Source of the DNA: an uncultured Planctomycetota bacterium
GTDB lineage: Bacteria; Planctomycetota; Planctomycetia; Isosphaerales; Isosphaeraceae
DNA length: 64,000 bases
Assembly: GCA_963823665.1 (NCBI GenBank)
Contig: CAWGMQ010000005.1
Span: forward strand, 1,856,001 to 1,920,000
Direction of reading: 5' to 3'
The notes below the pieces were generated by a model. That model saw only the letters and a program-made list of their open reading frames with translations, ran no database searches and was not told the DNA's origin. Both the position numbers and the translations under genes were made by a program. Of this stretch, positions 42,191 to 53,143 are shown one piece after another. Each line of letters begins with the position of its first letter. The stretch's first letter is position 1.

Positions 42191-42351
42191 GCGCTACTCT
42201 TTGCCGCGCAATCGGCTTGGTAGGCGCTCAGAATTGAGCGAATCATTGGCCCGTACTTCGGTTCGAGTTCCTCACACCGCATGCGGTTCTGTAGCTCGAC
42301 CCCCTTACGTTCGCTGCGGATCAAGCCCGCCTCGCGGAGTATTCTAAAGTG
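42187..42351 (-). pseudogene. 3' half of an ArsR-family HTH regulator
   Basis: HFRILREAGLIRSERKGVELQNRMRCEELEPKYGPMIRSILSAY...*; stop overlaps the ATG of the DUF1772 gene; 5' half absent. Confidence 0.75.
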
Positions 42352-42353
42352 CC

Positions 42354-42578
42354 AAGGCCGCGGTCCGCTACTCGGTCAAGGGGTGGGCGGCGGACCTGAT
42401 CGGCAAGGGCATCCGCGTCAACAACTTCAGCCCTGGCGTGGCCGACACTCCGATCCTCGACAGCCAGCACGAGACCAAGGAGGAGTCCGACGCGATGCGG
42501 GCCATGTACGTCAAGATGACGCCGATGGGCCGGCTCGGCCAGCCGGAGGAGATGGCCTCTGTGCTCGTGCCTTCCTGG
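42354..42578 (+). pseudogene. internal fragment of an SDR oxidoreductase
   Basis: KAAVRYSVKGWAADLIGKGIRVNNFSPGVADTPI...TPMGRLGQPEEMASV; no N-terminal Rossmann motif. Confidence 0.8.
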
Positions 42579-42672
42579 ACTTGTGCGGCGGGCTCGGGTC
42601 CAATAGGGTCGAGGAACCGACTATGCGGGCATACCGGCGTTCATTCGTCGCACACGATAAGAGATTGGGGCC

Positions 42673-44220
42673 ATGAACTACCATCCCAAGTGCATGTTCG
42701 CTGCCGGCTTTACCCTTATCTCCGCGTTGCTGCTCTCGATGCACGCCCACGCCGCGGATAACGAATACAAGCCCTTCGAGGGAGCCAAAAGTACCTGGCA
42801 TGACGGATTCGAGCGGTACGATTACGTGATGGACACAGAAACGCTGGAAATTCAGCCGTTCGAGCGCCCGGCGGACGAGAAGTTCGGGATCAAGGATCCG
42901 CCGCGGGGCAAGCGGCGGTGCGTTGTGATCGTGCCGCGGAAGGCTGCAGCGGGCAACCCCTGGTCATGGCGCGGATGTTACTGGGACCATCAGCCGCAGA
43001 CCGAGGTTGAGCTGCTCAAGCGTGGGTTTCACGTCGCGTATATCTCGGCCAACGCGGGCTTGAGGCCGGATAAGACATGGGACGCCTGGTACGCGTTCTT
43101 GACCGAGAAACACGGGCTGTCCAGGAAGCCGGCGTTTGTGGGAATGAGCCGTGGCGGCGAATACTCCTATACATGGGCCACCGCGAATCCCACGAAAGTT
43201 TCGAGCATCTATGCCGATAATCCCGGGGTGAATTCCGAAGTCCTCAAAAAGCTCGCCGACCTCGCGGCCGCCGACGTGCCCGTGCTGCACGTCTGCGGTA
43301 GCATTGATCCCCTGCTGGGGCGAGTTTCGACTGCGATCGAGAACATCTATCAGCAATTCGGCGGCCGGATCTCGGTGATGATCAAGGAGGGCGCAGGGCA
43401 TCATCCGCATAGCCTGCGCGACGCCAAGCCAATCGCGGACTTCATCTCGCAACAGGTTCAGCCAGCCGGTACCAATCCGCCTCCGTATCTGAGCGGCAGG
43501 ATCACACATTCGTCGATCTACGGCCGGCAAAACATCTATCGTTACGCGCCGAGCGAAGGGATCTACATCACCTGCCGGGGGCCCTGGTTCAGCCCAAGCT
43601 TCGATCGCTACTCATTTGGAATGACGGGCGTGGAGGGTTCGATCGGTGTCGTCGTTCCGAAGACGATCGCTGCCGGGAAGCCATGGGTTTTCCGGGTCGA
43701 TCATGTGAGTGCTGATGCTACGGTCGACCTGGCACTGCTCGAACACGGGTTTCATATTGTGACGGGGCCCGTGCCTTATAACGCAGACGGGCCGTCGCTC
43801 AAGAGCTGGAATGCGGTTTACGAGTTGCTCACCAAGCATGGGTTTTCAAAAAAGCCCGTGCTCGAAGGAGCCGGCGGCGCAGCGGGAGAGGCCTATGCTT
43901 GGGCCATCGCGAATCCGGACAAGGTCTCGTGCATTTACGGCGAAAACCCCGTACTGCGCTGCACGATGACGAAAGCACAACCGCTCGACAACCTCGCTGC
44001 ACTCGCCAGGGCCGGCATTCCCGTGCTGCATGTATGCGGCAGTCTGGATCCGATGCTCGGGAGCCAAACGCGCGAAGCGGAGAAACGCTACAAGGAACTC
44101 GGCGGGGCGATGACCGTGATTGTGCAAGACGGCGAGGGACATTACCCGACGGCACCCAGGGATCTCAAGCCCGTGATCGATTTCATCGTCGCGAAACAAG
44201 GCCCCACAAACGTGAATTGA
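42673..44220 (+). CDS. secreted protein with two tandem alpha/beta-hydrolase-like domains
   Basis: Signal peptide ending AHA; duplicated PW..R...ELL..GFH / W..AN P.KVS.IY..NP / PVLHVCGS.DP / G.GH.P blocks; GMSRGG in domain 1. Confidence 0.75.
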   Translation: MNYHPKCMFAAGFTLISALLLSMHAHAADNEYKPFEGAKSTWHDGFERYDYVMDTETLEIQPFERPADEKFGIKDPPRGKRRCVVIVPRKAAAGNPWSWRGCYWDHQPQTEVELLKRGFHVAYISANAGLRPDKTWDAWYAFLTEKHGLSRKPAFVGMSRGGEYSYTWATANPTKVSSIYADNPGVNSEVLKKLADLAAADVPVLHVCGSIDPLLGRVSTAIENIYQQFGGRISVMIKEGAGHHPHSLRDAKPIADFISQQVQPAGTNPPPYLSGRITHSSIYGRQNIYRYAPSEGIYITCRGPWFSPSFDRYSFGMTGVEGSIGVVVPKTIAAGKPWVFRVDHVSADATVDLALLEHGFHIVTGPVPYNADGPSLKSWNAVYELLTKHGFSKKPVLEGAGGAAGEAYAWAIANPDKVSCIYGENPVLRCTMTKAQPLDNLAALARAGIPVLHVCGSLDPMLGSQTREAEKRYKELGGAMTVIVQDGEGHYPTAPRDLKPVIDFIVAKQGPTNVN

Positions 44221-44240
44221 AACAATGCTCATTCACGATT

Positions 44241-44393
44241 TCATGGAGAGTCGCTTTGTGTTGGTTGGTCCCATCGTAGCGGCTGCTGCTTTGGGGCCTC
44301 GAACCAGGCGCGGGACCGCGGCCATGCGAACCAGATGGTGACGAACCCACCCATCATGAGCGTGACCGCGACGACGATGATGTTGACAGCCAT
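44241..44393 (-). CDS. 50-aa single-TM protein at the end of the oxidase operon (not in ORF track)
   Basis: MAVNIIVVAVTLMMGGFVTIWFAWPRSRAWFEAPKQQPLRWDQPTQSDSP; starts 7 nt after the oxidase stop, GGGGAG RBS. Confidence 0.7.
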   Translation of the reverse strand: MAVNIIVVAVTLMMGGFVTIWFAWPRSRAWFEAPKQQPLRWDQPTQSDSP

Positions 44394-44400
44394 CTGAGAT

Positions 44401-47025
44401 CTACTCCCCTGCTCTGCCGTAGAACGACCGGACGTAGCGGGCCAGCAACTCGCGCTGTGCAGGCGCGAGCTTCGGCTCCCAGCGCGGCATGGCGGTGCCC
44501 CGGACTCCGGACGTCAACGCGGTGATCGCGTATTCGGTCGTCGGTTGTACCTCGTGGAAATTGGTGGGAGGCGGCGACAGCATTCGTGCGCCGGGGCCAT
44601 CCCCTTTGCCGGCAGGGCCGTGGCAGACCACACACTCTTTGGCGTACAGCTCCCGGACGGTCTGGCGCTCGGGGCCAGCGAGCTCTGGGGGCGGCGCGGG
44701 CGGCGCGATCGTTTGCAGGTACGCGACGAGCCCGCGGAGGTCACCGGTGCTCAGATCATTCCAGGCGGGCATCGACGATCCCGAGACTCCGTTCCACATG
44801 ACCTCGCTCAGATGTTTCTCTGAGATTCGAGCGGCCGTCAGGTTGCGAGGTGCAGGCGTCAGGGCAAGCGCCGCGGGGCCGTCTGCCAGACCCTTCGCGC
44901 CGTGGCAGCCGATGCAATGGCGGGCAAAGACCTCCGCCCCTCTGCGGGCAAATCGCTCGGCCTCGCCGGGGGCCAGCGGTGTTTCCCAGTGCGGGGCCGC
45001 ACCGGGTGTTCGGGGGATGGCGCAGTCGCAGAACATTCCGTTACGGCGCTCCTCGTCGGGGTTTTGACCCGCTGCTAGCGGGGCTGGCGAAGCGAGGCCG
45101 GCGAGGCGGGCATCTCGTCCCAGCGATTGAAGGTAGCTTACCAGCTCGATCGCCTCGGGCCGTGGCCGTGTGGGCGAGCCGTCGAAGAGCCAGGGATAGC
45201 CGGGCATGACGGAGTCGGGAACGACATGCCGCGGGTTCCAGAGGTGAGCAAGCTGCCAATCGTTTGACTTCCGCTCGCCCTCGCGGGCGAGGTCCGGGCC
45301 GATGCGCCGGGTTCCCCACATCTGGGGGGCGTCGCCCGCGCTTTCCCACGCCTGGCTGGCCGGACCGAACCGGCGTACGTCGTCCTCGGTGAAACGGACC
45401 AACTGTGAGTGGCATGTCATACAACCTTCTCGGGCGTAGACCAAGCGGCCTCGCCGTTCGCTTGCCGAAGGGACAGACCCTTCGGCGGGTTTCGTCAGGG
45501 CGATCTGGTTGTCGAGCGTGCGGTTGGGCCACATACCGAGTACGACGAACGACAAGACAAAGAGCCCGAATCCGGCGCCGGCGGTGAGTACGTAGGCGTG
45601 CTTCAGCCAGCGAAATCCGGCGACCTCCGCTTCGGCGTCGTCTTGTTCGAGTGCCTCGGTGGTCGACGCAGGGGCGACGACTGCACCGGTCGTCAGCGTT
45701 GCCACGACGGAGATGAACCCGCCGAAGAGCACAACGCCCGATGCGGTACGGATCCACCAGAACGGTGCGGACGCACGCACGGATTCCATCCACGGCAGAT
45801 CGCCCTGCCAGAGCTGGCCCTGCACGAGCCCGGCGGCGGTCAAGTCAAACACCATCGCGGAAAGCCCCAGGGCCAGCAGCCAGAACGACCAGTTCGCCGC
45901 CCTGGCGTTGTAGCGGCAGCCTGGTGTCATTCGCCAGGCGTGCAGCATGCCTCCCAGGGCCGTGAATGAGGCGAACCCGATCATGGCGAGGTGGGAGTGG
46001 CCGATCACCCAGTCGGAGAAATGGACGAATCGATTGATCGGCATGATCGCCTGCGCCGAGCCTTGCAGGCTGACGATCAGGTAGACGACCGTGCCGGTCC
46101 AGACGTAGCGCAGCGGTGTATCGGCGGCGGCGATGGCCGAGCGGTTCCGGAGCGACAGAAGCAAGTTGGTGACGACCAGCGCCACGTCGGCTCCCAGGTA
46201 GACGGAAGCCACGATCGCTCCGCGCTGGGCCTCCATCGGGATCGATGAAAAGACGTAGTGGTGGGTGCCGTTGAGCGGGTAGATCAGGAATAACAGCCAG
46301 AACCCGATCATGGACAGGAAGTGGCTAAAGATCGGCTGGCGGGAAACGGCGGGGATCACCGCATAGGCGACCGCGAGCGCCAGCGGCGTGACAAACAAAC
46401 CCACGGCATCGTGTATCCACAGCCCGCTGAACGTCGCCCCTTGTGCCCCGGGAAGGTATTCGGGCACGACATTTCCAACGGGATAGGCGAGCAGAGTGAA
46501 CGTCAAGCCGCCGAGGATGTACCACGCGGAGACGTAGAGGCTCTTGACCCTGGCGCGGAGTAGCGGCCACACGAACTGAACGATCGCGAGGATCATTCCG
46601 AGTGTTGCCGCACCGTCGACCAAGGGCGGGAACTCAGCCCATTCGAGCGGCTGGCTCACTCCTGCTTGAACGAGAGCCCAACCCGGTAGAACAAGCAGAC
46701 CGTTCCAGACGGCGAAGAGCAACCAGCCAAGCCGCGCGCTCGTGACAGGGCGGTTGGCAAGCCTCGGGACGACGTAATACAGAAATGACAGAAACGCGTT
46801 GCCCAGCCAGCCGAAGAAGATGCCTTGTGTGTGGGCGAAGCGGATCCGCCCCCACGAGAGCCAGGCGACATCGCCGTGAGACTCAGGCACGTTCAGCCTG
46901 ATTGACATCAGTAACCCGAGAATGACGACGTAAAGCACCGAAGCCAGCGCGGCATAACCATGCCAGCGGATCAGAAGGGCGATTGCCGGGTCGTGAGGAG
47001 TGTGCTGTTCGCGGGTAGAGGCCAT
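44401..47025 (-). CDS. ccoN: cbb3-type (C-family) haem-copper oxidase: fused CcoN + CcoO + two extra cytochrome c domains
   Basis: RFAHT, WIHDAVG, YPLNGTHH, IGHSH ligand motifs; CcoO EGCMTCHSQ.VR, WGTRRIGPDLAR, SVMPGYPWL; further CIGCH and CVVCH with distal Met (MP). Confidence 0.88.
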   Translation of the reverse strand: MASTREQHTPHDPAIALLIRWHGYAALASVLYVVILGLLMSIRLNVPESHGDVAWLSWGRIRFAHTQGIFFGWLGNAFLSFLYYVVPRLANRPVTSARLGWLLFAVWNGLLVLPGWALVQAGVSQPLEWAEFPPLVDGAATLGMILAIVQFVWPLLRARVKSLYVSAWYILGGLTFTLLAYPVGNVVPEYLPGAQGATFSGLWIHDAVGLFVTPLALAVAYAVIPAVSRQPIFSHFLSMIGFWLLFLIYPLNGTHHYVFSSIPMEAQRGAIVASVYLGADVALVVTNLLLSLRNRSAIAAADTPLRYVWTGTVVYLIVSLQGSAQAIMPINRFVHFSDWVIGHSHLAMIGFASFTALGGMLHAWRMTPGCRYNARAANWSFWLLALGLSAMVFDLTAAGLVQGQLWQGDLPWMESVRASAPFWWIRTASGVVLFGGFISVVATLTTGAVVAPASTTEALEQDDAEAEVAGFRWLKHAYVLTAGAGFGLFVLSFVVLGMWPNRTLDNQIALTKPAEGSVPSASERRGRLVYAREGCMTCHSQLVRFTEDDVRRFGPASQAWESAGDAPQMWGTRRIGPDLAREGERKSNDWQLAHLWNPRHVVPDSVMPGYPWLFDGSPTRPRPEAIELVSYLQSLGRDARLAGLASPAPLAAGQNPDEERRNGMFCDCAIPRTPGAAPHWETPLAPGEAERFARRGAEVFARHCIGCHGAKGLADGPAALALTPAPRNLTAARISEKHLSEVMWNGVSGSSMPAWNDLSTGDLRGLVAYLQTIAPPAPPPELAGPERQTVRELYAKECVVCHGPAGKGDGPGARMLSPPPTNFHEVQPTTEYAITALTSGVRGTAMPRWEPKLAPAQRELLARYVRSFYGRAGE

Positions 47026-47078
47026 TTTGTTTTCGCGTCATCCTCGTGAAGGAAATCATCTGCAGTGCGGGAGGGGTG

Positions 47079-47507
47079 TCAGGGTGCCGGCGGCTGGGCA
47101 GCGAGTAGATATTCCACCACCTTCACCTCGTTTTCGGGGGTGACGGGCGCGCCATAAACGGCCACCATCTTGTGGACGATCTCAGCCCATTTCTCGCGGC
47201 GGAATGGTGGCTGGCCGAAGGGGAGCTGGGCCGAGTGGCAGATCAAGCAAGACGTCTGGAATTCCTCTCGGTGCGGCCCTTGGGGGATCTCGAAATCCCA
47301 GGCCGGCGTTGCCGTGACGGTGGACGTTTCGACAATCTGACTGTCGGAACGGCCGGCCACGGACCAGGAGTCTCTGGTCCCGAAGTAGGCGATGGCGGAG
47401 GCCGCCGAAATCAGGATGAGAGCCAGGATGATGCCGAAGCGCTGGCGGCGGGCGGCATCGGGGCTGGCGGCGGGCATCAGGTGCTCGGGCAATGGCTCAG
47501 ACGACAT
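47079..47507 (-). CDS. sorB: SorB-like monohaem cytochrome c with N-terminal TM anchor
   Basis: CLICHS...QP......W...V.KM...YGAP; overlaps the 3' end of sorA. Confidence 0.8.
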   Translation of the reverse strand: MSSEPLPEHLMPAASPDAARRQRFGIILALILISAASAIAYFGTRDSWSVAGRSDSQIVETSTVTATPAWDFEIPQGPHREEFQTSCLICHSAQLPFGQPPFRREKWAEIVHKMVAVYGAPVTPENEVKVVEYLLAAQPPAP

Positions 47508-48693
47508 GGATGGACATTTCCTCGACGACATTTCGCATGTACCCGCCGCGGTTCCAGCCTTCGTTCGAGGGCTGAACCTGGCCATCGCCGGCTGTGGCGC
47601 GGCAGCGAAGCCGGCATTCGCCGCGCACGGATGGAACCCAGCGGTGGTGCCAGCGGCGGAACGAGAATCGACCCATGTCAGGGCCCAGGGCCGTTTGCGT
47701 CCAGCTTGTGCCGCCATTGGTCGAAACCTCGACGCTGCGGATGCCGCTGCCGCCGTCAAAGGCGATTCCATCCAGGTCGATGGGCCGGCCCAGCGGCAGT
47801 CTGGCATCGGAGTCGGGCGTGGTGATGAACGATCGAACGTTCATGCGATGAATGGGAACGACCTGCTGGGCGAGCTGGTCTGGAGTTTCCACTCCGTTGG
47901 GTGTTGGCGGGATCTTGTAAGCCTTGGCCATCCAGTAACCATCGTATGGCTGCGCCAGGACGGTGATTTTGTGGAGCATTTTGACCCAATAGGTGGCATA
48001 CCATCCGGGGACAACCAGGCGGGCTGGGAAACCATTCAAGCGTGGCAGGGGCTCGCCGTTCGCCGAGTGGGCCACGATGACTTCAGGCTGAAGTGCGCGA
48101 TCGATATCGAGTGCCTTGACAAAATCGGGCACCGAGGCGAGTGGGCCCTGGTCGAGCCCATCGAACGTTACCTGGGCGGCGTCTTTTCGGAGGCCGGCCG
48201 CGCGGAGCACTTTTCCAAGCGAGACTCCGGCCCAGCGAGCGTTGCCCATGGCTCCGTTCCGCCATTGCGCACCGGGGACTCTGGGAGTGAAGAGACTGCG
48301 CGAGTTTCCGGAGCACTGATTGACGGCCACGACTTCGTCGTTGCCGAGCTTGCGAAGATCGTCCATGGACAATTCAAGCGGCCGGTCAACGGCGCCGTCG
48401 ACGCGGAGCCGCCACGTTTTGATATCCACGTCGAGTGGCAGCGCCTGGAGGTGCCAGCGAACGTAGAATGCTTCCATCGGCGTCAGGTCGTGACGGAAAT
48501 AGCGCCAGGGTGTCTCCAGACATGGCGGCCGGTCGTTCACGAGGCGCATGGCTGTCTTGCCGGGGAATCGCGCAAGTGGACCGTCGGTGTCGGTTGCAGG
48601 GGGATTTTCCCGGGTGCGCTGGCAGCCGATGGGCAGGAGCCCCGTTCCGGCCATGGCGGCGAGCCGCAACCATTCGCGGCGGGGTATTTGCAT
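47497..48693 (-). CDS. sorA: Tat-exported molybdopterin sulfite dehydrogenase (sulfite oxidase family)
   Basis: PRREWL Tat leader, LETP, FYVRWH, QCSGNSR (Mo-ligating Cys), GAMGNARWAG, NGFPARLVVPGWYATYWVK, WN..GY.RN. Confidence 0.88.
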   Translation of the reverse strand: MQIPRREWLRLAAMAGTGLLPIGCQRTRENPPATDTDGPLARFPGKTAMRLVNDRPPCLETPWRYFRHDLTPMEAFYVRWHLQALPLDVDIKTWRLRVDGAVDRPLELSMDDLRKLGNDEVVAVNQCSGNSRSLFTPRVPGAQWRNGAMGNARWAGVSLGKVLRAAGLRKDAAQVTFDGLDQGPLASVPDFVKALDIDRALQPEVIVAHSANGEPLPRLNGFPARLVVPGWYATYWVKMLHKITVLAQPYDGYWMAKAYKIPPTPNGVETPDQLAQQVVPIHRMNVRSFITTPDSDARLPLGRPIDLDGIAFDGGSGIRSVEVSTNGGTSWTQTALGPDMGRFSFRRWHHRWVPSVRGECRLRCRATAGDGQVQPSNEGWNRGGYMRNVVEEMSIHVV

Positions 48694-48852
48694 ACAATGA
48701 GGTTCCTCTGAGCTCCGCGCCGGCACGGCCGAGAACAGTGTGGCTGTAGATCCGGTTACTGTAAACTGATCTGGTGAACGAACGCGAATGAAAAAGCAAA
48801 TGTCCACGACCAACAGGGCTGTGGTTCTCGTGCTTGCTGTGTGGGAGGACTC

Positions 48853-50607
<1,755 letters not shown>

Positions 50608-50621
50608 TAGGAGATCTGTCG

Positions 50622-52283
50622 ATGACCGGGCTCGAACGACCGCAGACGGGCGCGCAGCTTCTGGTTCGATGTCTTGAGAGTCAGGGGGTTCCGTTCATCT
50701 TCGGCATCCCGGGCGGGGCCATCTCGCCGATTCTGGAGGCGCTCGCCGATGGCGGGCCGCGGTTCATCACGGTACGGCACGAAACTGCCGGGGCGTTCAT
50801 GGCACAGGCGTACGGACGCTGCACGGGGAGGCCGGGGGTCGTGCTGACGACGTCGGGGCCGGGGCTGATCAACGCAGTCTGCGGCGTTGCCACGGCCCAG
50901 GCCGACCGTGACCCGGTCGTGGCGATCACGGGGCAAGTTCCACGCGGGATGCGGTTCAAGTCGTATCACCAGTATCTCGACACGGTCGGCCTGTTTGCCC
51001 CGATCACCAAATGGAGCGTCGGGGTCGAGGAGCCGGATACCATTCCGGAGGTGCTGGCCAACGCATTTCGACTCGCTGCCAGGCCGCGCCCAGGGGCCGT
51101 CCACGTCAGCGTTCCGTCTGACGTGTCTCGCGCAGCCACCAAGGGCGAGCCCTTGTCGCTGTTTGAGCCTGCGTCGGGCGGCCTGCCCGCGGATGAAGAC
51201 CTCGAACGTGCTGCTCTGCTTCTGCGGTCGGCTCGTCAGCCAGTGCTGCTGCTCGGCGTGGGAGCGGGCGAGGCTGGGGCGACGGCGGCCATCCGACGGC
51301 TGCTAGGGCAGGCTGCACTGCCGGTGGCTTGCACCTTCGAGGGCAACGGTGTCGTCTCGCGCGACCTGGTCAATTGGTTCGCCGGCCGCGTTGGTTACAC
51401 GCACAACCAGCCCGCCGACCGGCTGTTGCAGCAGGCGGATGTCGTCGCGTGCGTCGGCTATGACCTGATCGAGTACGACCCAACGGAGTGGCTGGGGCCG
51501 GCGACATCGGTTATTCACCTGGATGAGATCCCCGCGACGATCGACCGTGCGTACCGGCCGGCGGTCGAGCTGGTCGGTGACCTTGGCCGCACGATCGATG
51601 CCCTTACAAAACGGCTGGGGCAAATCACGGCTATCGAGACTGATTCGCTCCGCGAGGCGCGGCAAGAACTCGCTGTTGATCGGTCGCGGGGGGCGGGTCT
51701 GGGCGGCTGCCCCGTCCATCCGCTGCGGATTTTGCATGATCTGGGGCAGGTTGTTGCCGACGACGTGACGGTTACCTGCGACGTCAGGGCGCACCAGATC
51801 TGGACGGCGCGATACTTTTTCCGGTATTCCCCGCGAACGCTCTTCTTCAGCATGGGGCACCAGACGATGGGCGTCGGCCTGCCCTGGGCAATCGGGGCGG
51901 CTCTGGCGCGCCCGGGCAAGCCGGCTGTTTCCATTTCCGGCGACGGCTCCTTCTTGATGACCTGCATGGAGCTGGAAACCGCCGTGCGGCTGAAGCTGCC
52001 GACTGTGCACCTCGTCTGGCGTGATGGTAGTTATAACCTCGTCGGTTTGCTCGCCCTGAGGGAATACGGGCGTGAGGTGGGGACGCACTTCGGGCCGACT
52101 GATTTCGTGGCGCTGGCCCAATCATTCGGTGCCGCAGGATTCCGCGTGAACGACGCGGATGAGCTGCGGCCAGCACTGGAGCGGGCGCTCGCTCTGGGGT
52201 CACCGGCCGTTATCGAGATCCCGGTTGATTACCGCGACAACTTGCCCCTGGTTCAGCCGATGAAGCTGCGGGCGGTCGACTGA
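50622..52283 (+). CDS. alsS: catabolic acetolactate synthase
   Basis: FGIPGG, RHE, TSGPG, QTMGVGLPWAIGA, GDGSFLM..MELETAVRL..P.VH.VW.D (AlsS/BudB-like); adjacent to budA. Confidence 0.88.
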   Translation: MTGLERPQTGAQLLVRCLESQGVPFIFGIPGGAISPILEALADGGPRFITVRHETAGAFMAQAYGRCTGRPGVVLTTSGPGLINAVCGVATAQADRDPVVAITGQVPRGMRFKSYHQYLDTVGLFAPITKWSVGVEEPDTIPEVLANAFRLAARPRPGAVHVSVPSDVSRAATKGEPLSLFEPASGGLPADEDLERAALLLRSARQPVLLLGVGAGEAGATAAIRRLLGQAALPVACTFEGNGVVSRDLVNWFAGRVGYTHNQPADRLLQQADVVACVGYDLIEYDPTEWLGPATSVIHLDEIPATIDRAYRPAVELVGDLGRTIDALTKRLGQITAIETDSLREARQELAVDRSRGAGLGGCPVHPLRILHDLGQVVADDVTVTCDVRAHQIWTARYFFRYSPRTLFFSMGHQTMGVGLPWAIGAALARPGKPAVSISGDGSFLMTCMELETAVRLKLPTVHLVWRDGSYNLVGLLALREYGREVGTHFGPTDFVALAQSFGAAGFRVNDADELRPALERALALGSPAVIEIPVDYRDNLPLVQPMKLRAVD

Positions 52284-52314
52284 GCCACGACCTGAGTTTC
52301 ACGAGGTCAGCATC

Positions 52315-53115
52315 ATGCCGAGCGAGATCTCTTCCATCCATGCTCTCCATGCCTTGCGCTCCCACCGTCATCGCTCGGCGAGCTCTGACGTGCCGGATGC
52401 AGGCGCACTACACGAGGTCTTTCAGAACTCGACAATCAACGCGCTCCTCGAAGGCGTGTACGACGGGTCGATGACCTACGGCGAGCTGCGCCGGCACGGG
52501 GACTTCGGGCTCGGCACATTTAACGCCTTGGACGGCGAGATGATGGCGGTGGACGGGGATTTCTACCAGATCAAAGCCGACGGCGTTGTTTCCCTCGTCG
52601 CAGATGACCAGCGGACGCCGTTCGCCACTGTTCTGTTCTTCCGGCCCACAATCAGGCAATCGCTTAATGGTCCGCTTGACTATGAGCATTTGCAGACCCG
52701 TTTGGACAGCATGATGGAAGGGCCGAACTTATTCTATGCGGTGCGGATCGACGGCGAGTTTGCGTCGGTGAAGACGCGGAGTATGCCCCGGCAGGCGAAG
52801 CCGTATCCACCACTTGTGGAAGTGGCGAAGACGCAACCGGAGTTTCATCTGAAGGACGTGCGCGGCACGCTGGCGGGGTTCCGATTTCCGGACTTTGCCC
52901 GTGGCCTGAACGTGCCGGGGTTCCATCTCCACTTCTTGACGGAGGACCGACGGGCTGGAGGGCACGTGCTCGATCTCGCGCTTACGCGCGGCGAAGTGGC
53001 GATTGATGCCACGGCACGCTTCCACCTGGAGCTGCCGACTGACTCGGCGTTTCTGCACGCCGCCCTGGGGCAGGATCACGGTGATGAGCTGGACCGGGCT
53101 GAACGGGGGAAGTGA
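52315..53115 (+). CDS. budA: alpha-acetolactate decarboxylase
   Basis: QNSTINALLEGVYDG, HGDFGLGTFNALDGEM, GFHLHFLTEDR..GGHVLD. Confidence 0.95.
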   Translation: MPSEISSIHALHALRSHRHRSASSDVPDAGALHEVFQNSTINALLEGVYDGSMTYGELRRHGDFGLGTFNALDGEMMAVDGDFYQIKADGVVSLVADDQRTPFATVLFFRPTIRQSLNGPLDYEHLQTRLDSMMEGPNLFYAVRIDGEFASVKTRSMPRQAKPYPPLVEVAKTQPEFHLKDVRGTLAGFRFPDFARGLNVPGFHLHFLTEDRRAGGHVLDLALTRGEVAIDATARFHLELPTDSAFLHAALGQDHGDELDRAERGK

Positions 53116-53143
53116 ATCGGTTTCATGACGAGAGGGAGATGCC

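Noticed and set aside
44401..47025. Nitric oxide reductase assignment for the haem-copper protein
   Set aside because: It retains the C-family active-site Tyr spacing and a canonical CcoO domain.
48766..48779. FNR box in the divergent promoter
   Set aside because: Only the left half (CTGAT) resembles TTGAT; the right half does not match ATCAA.
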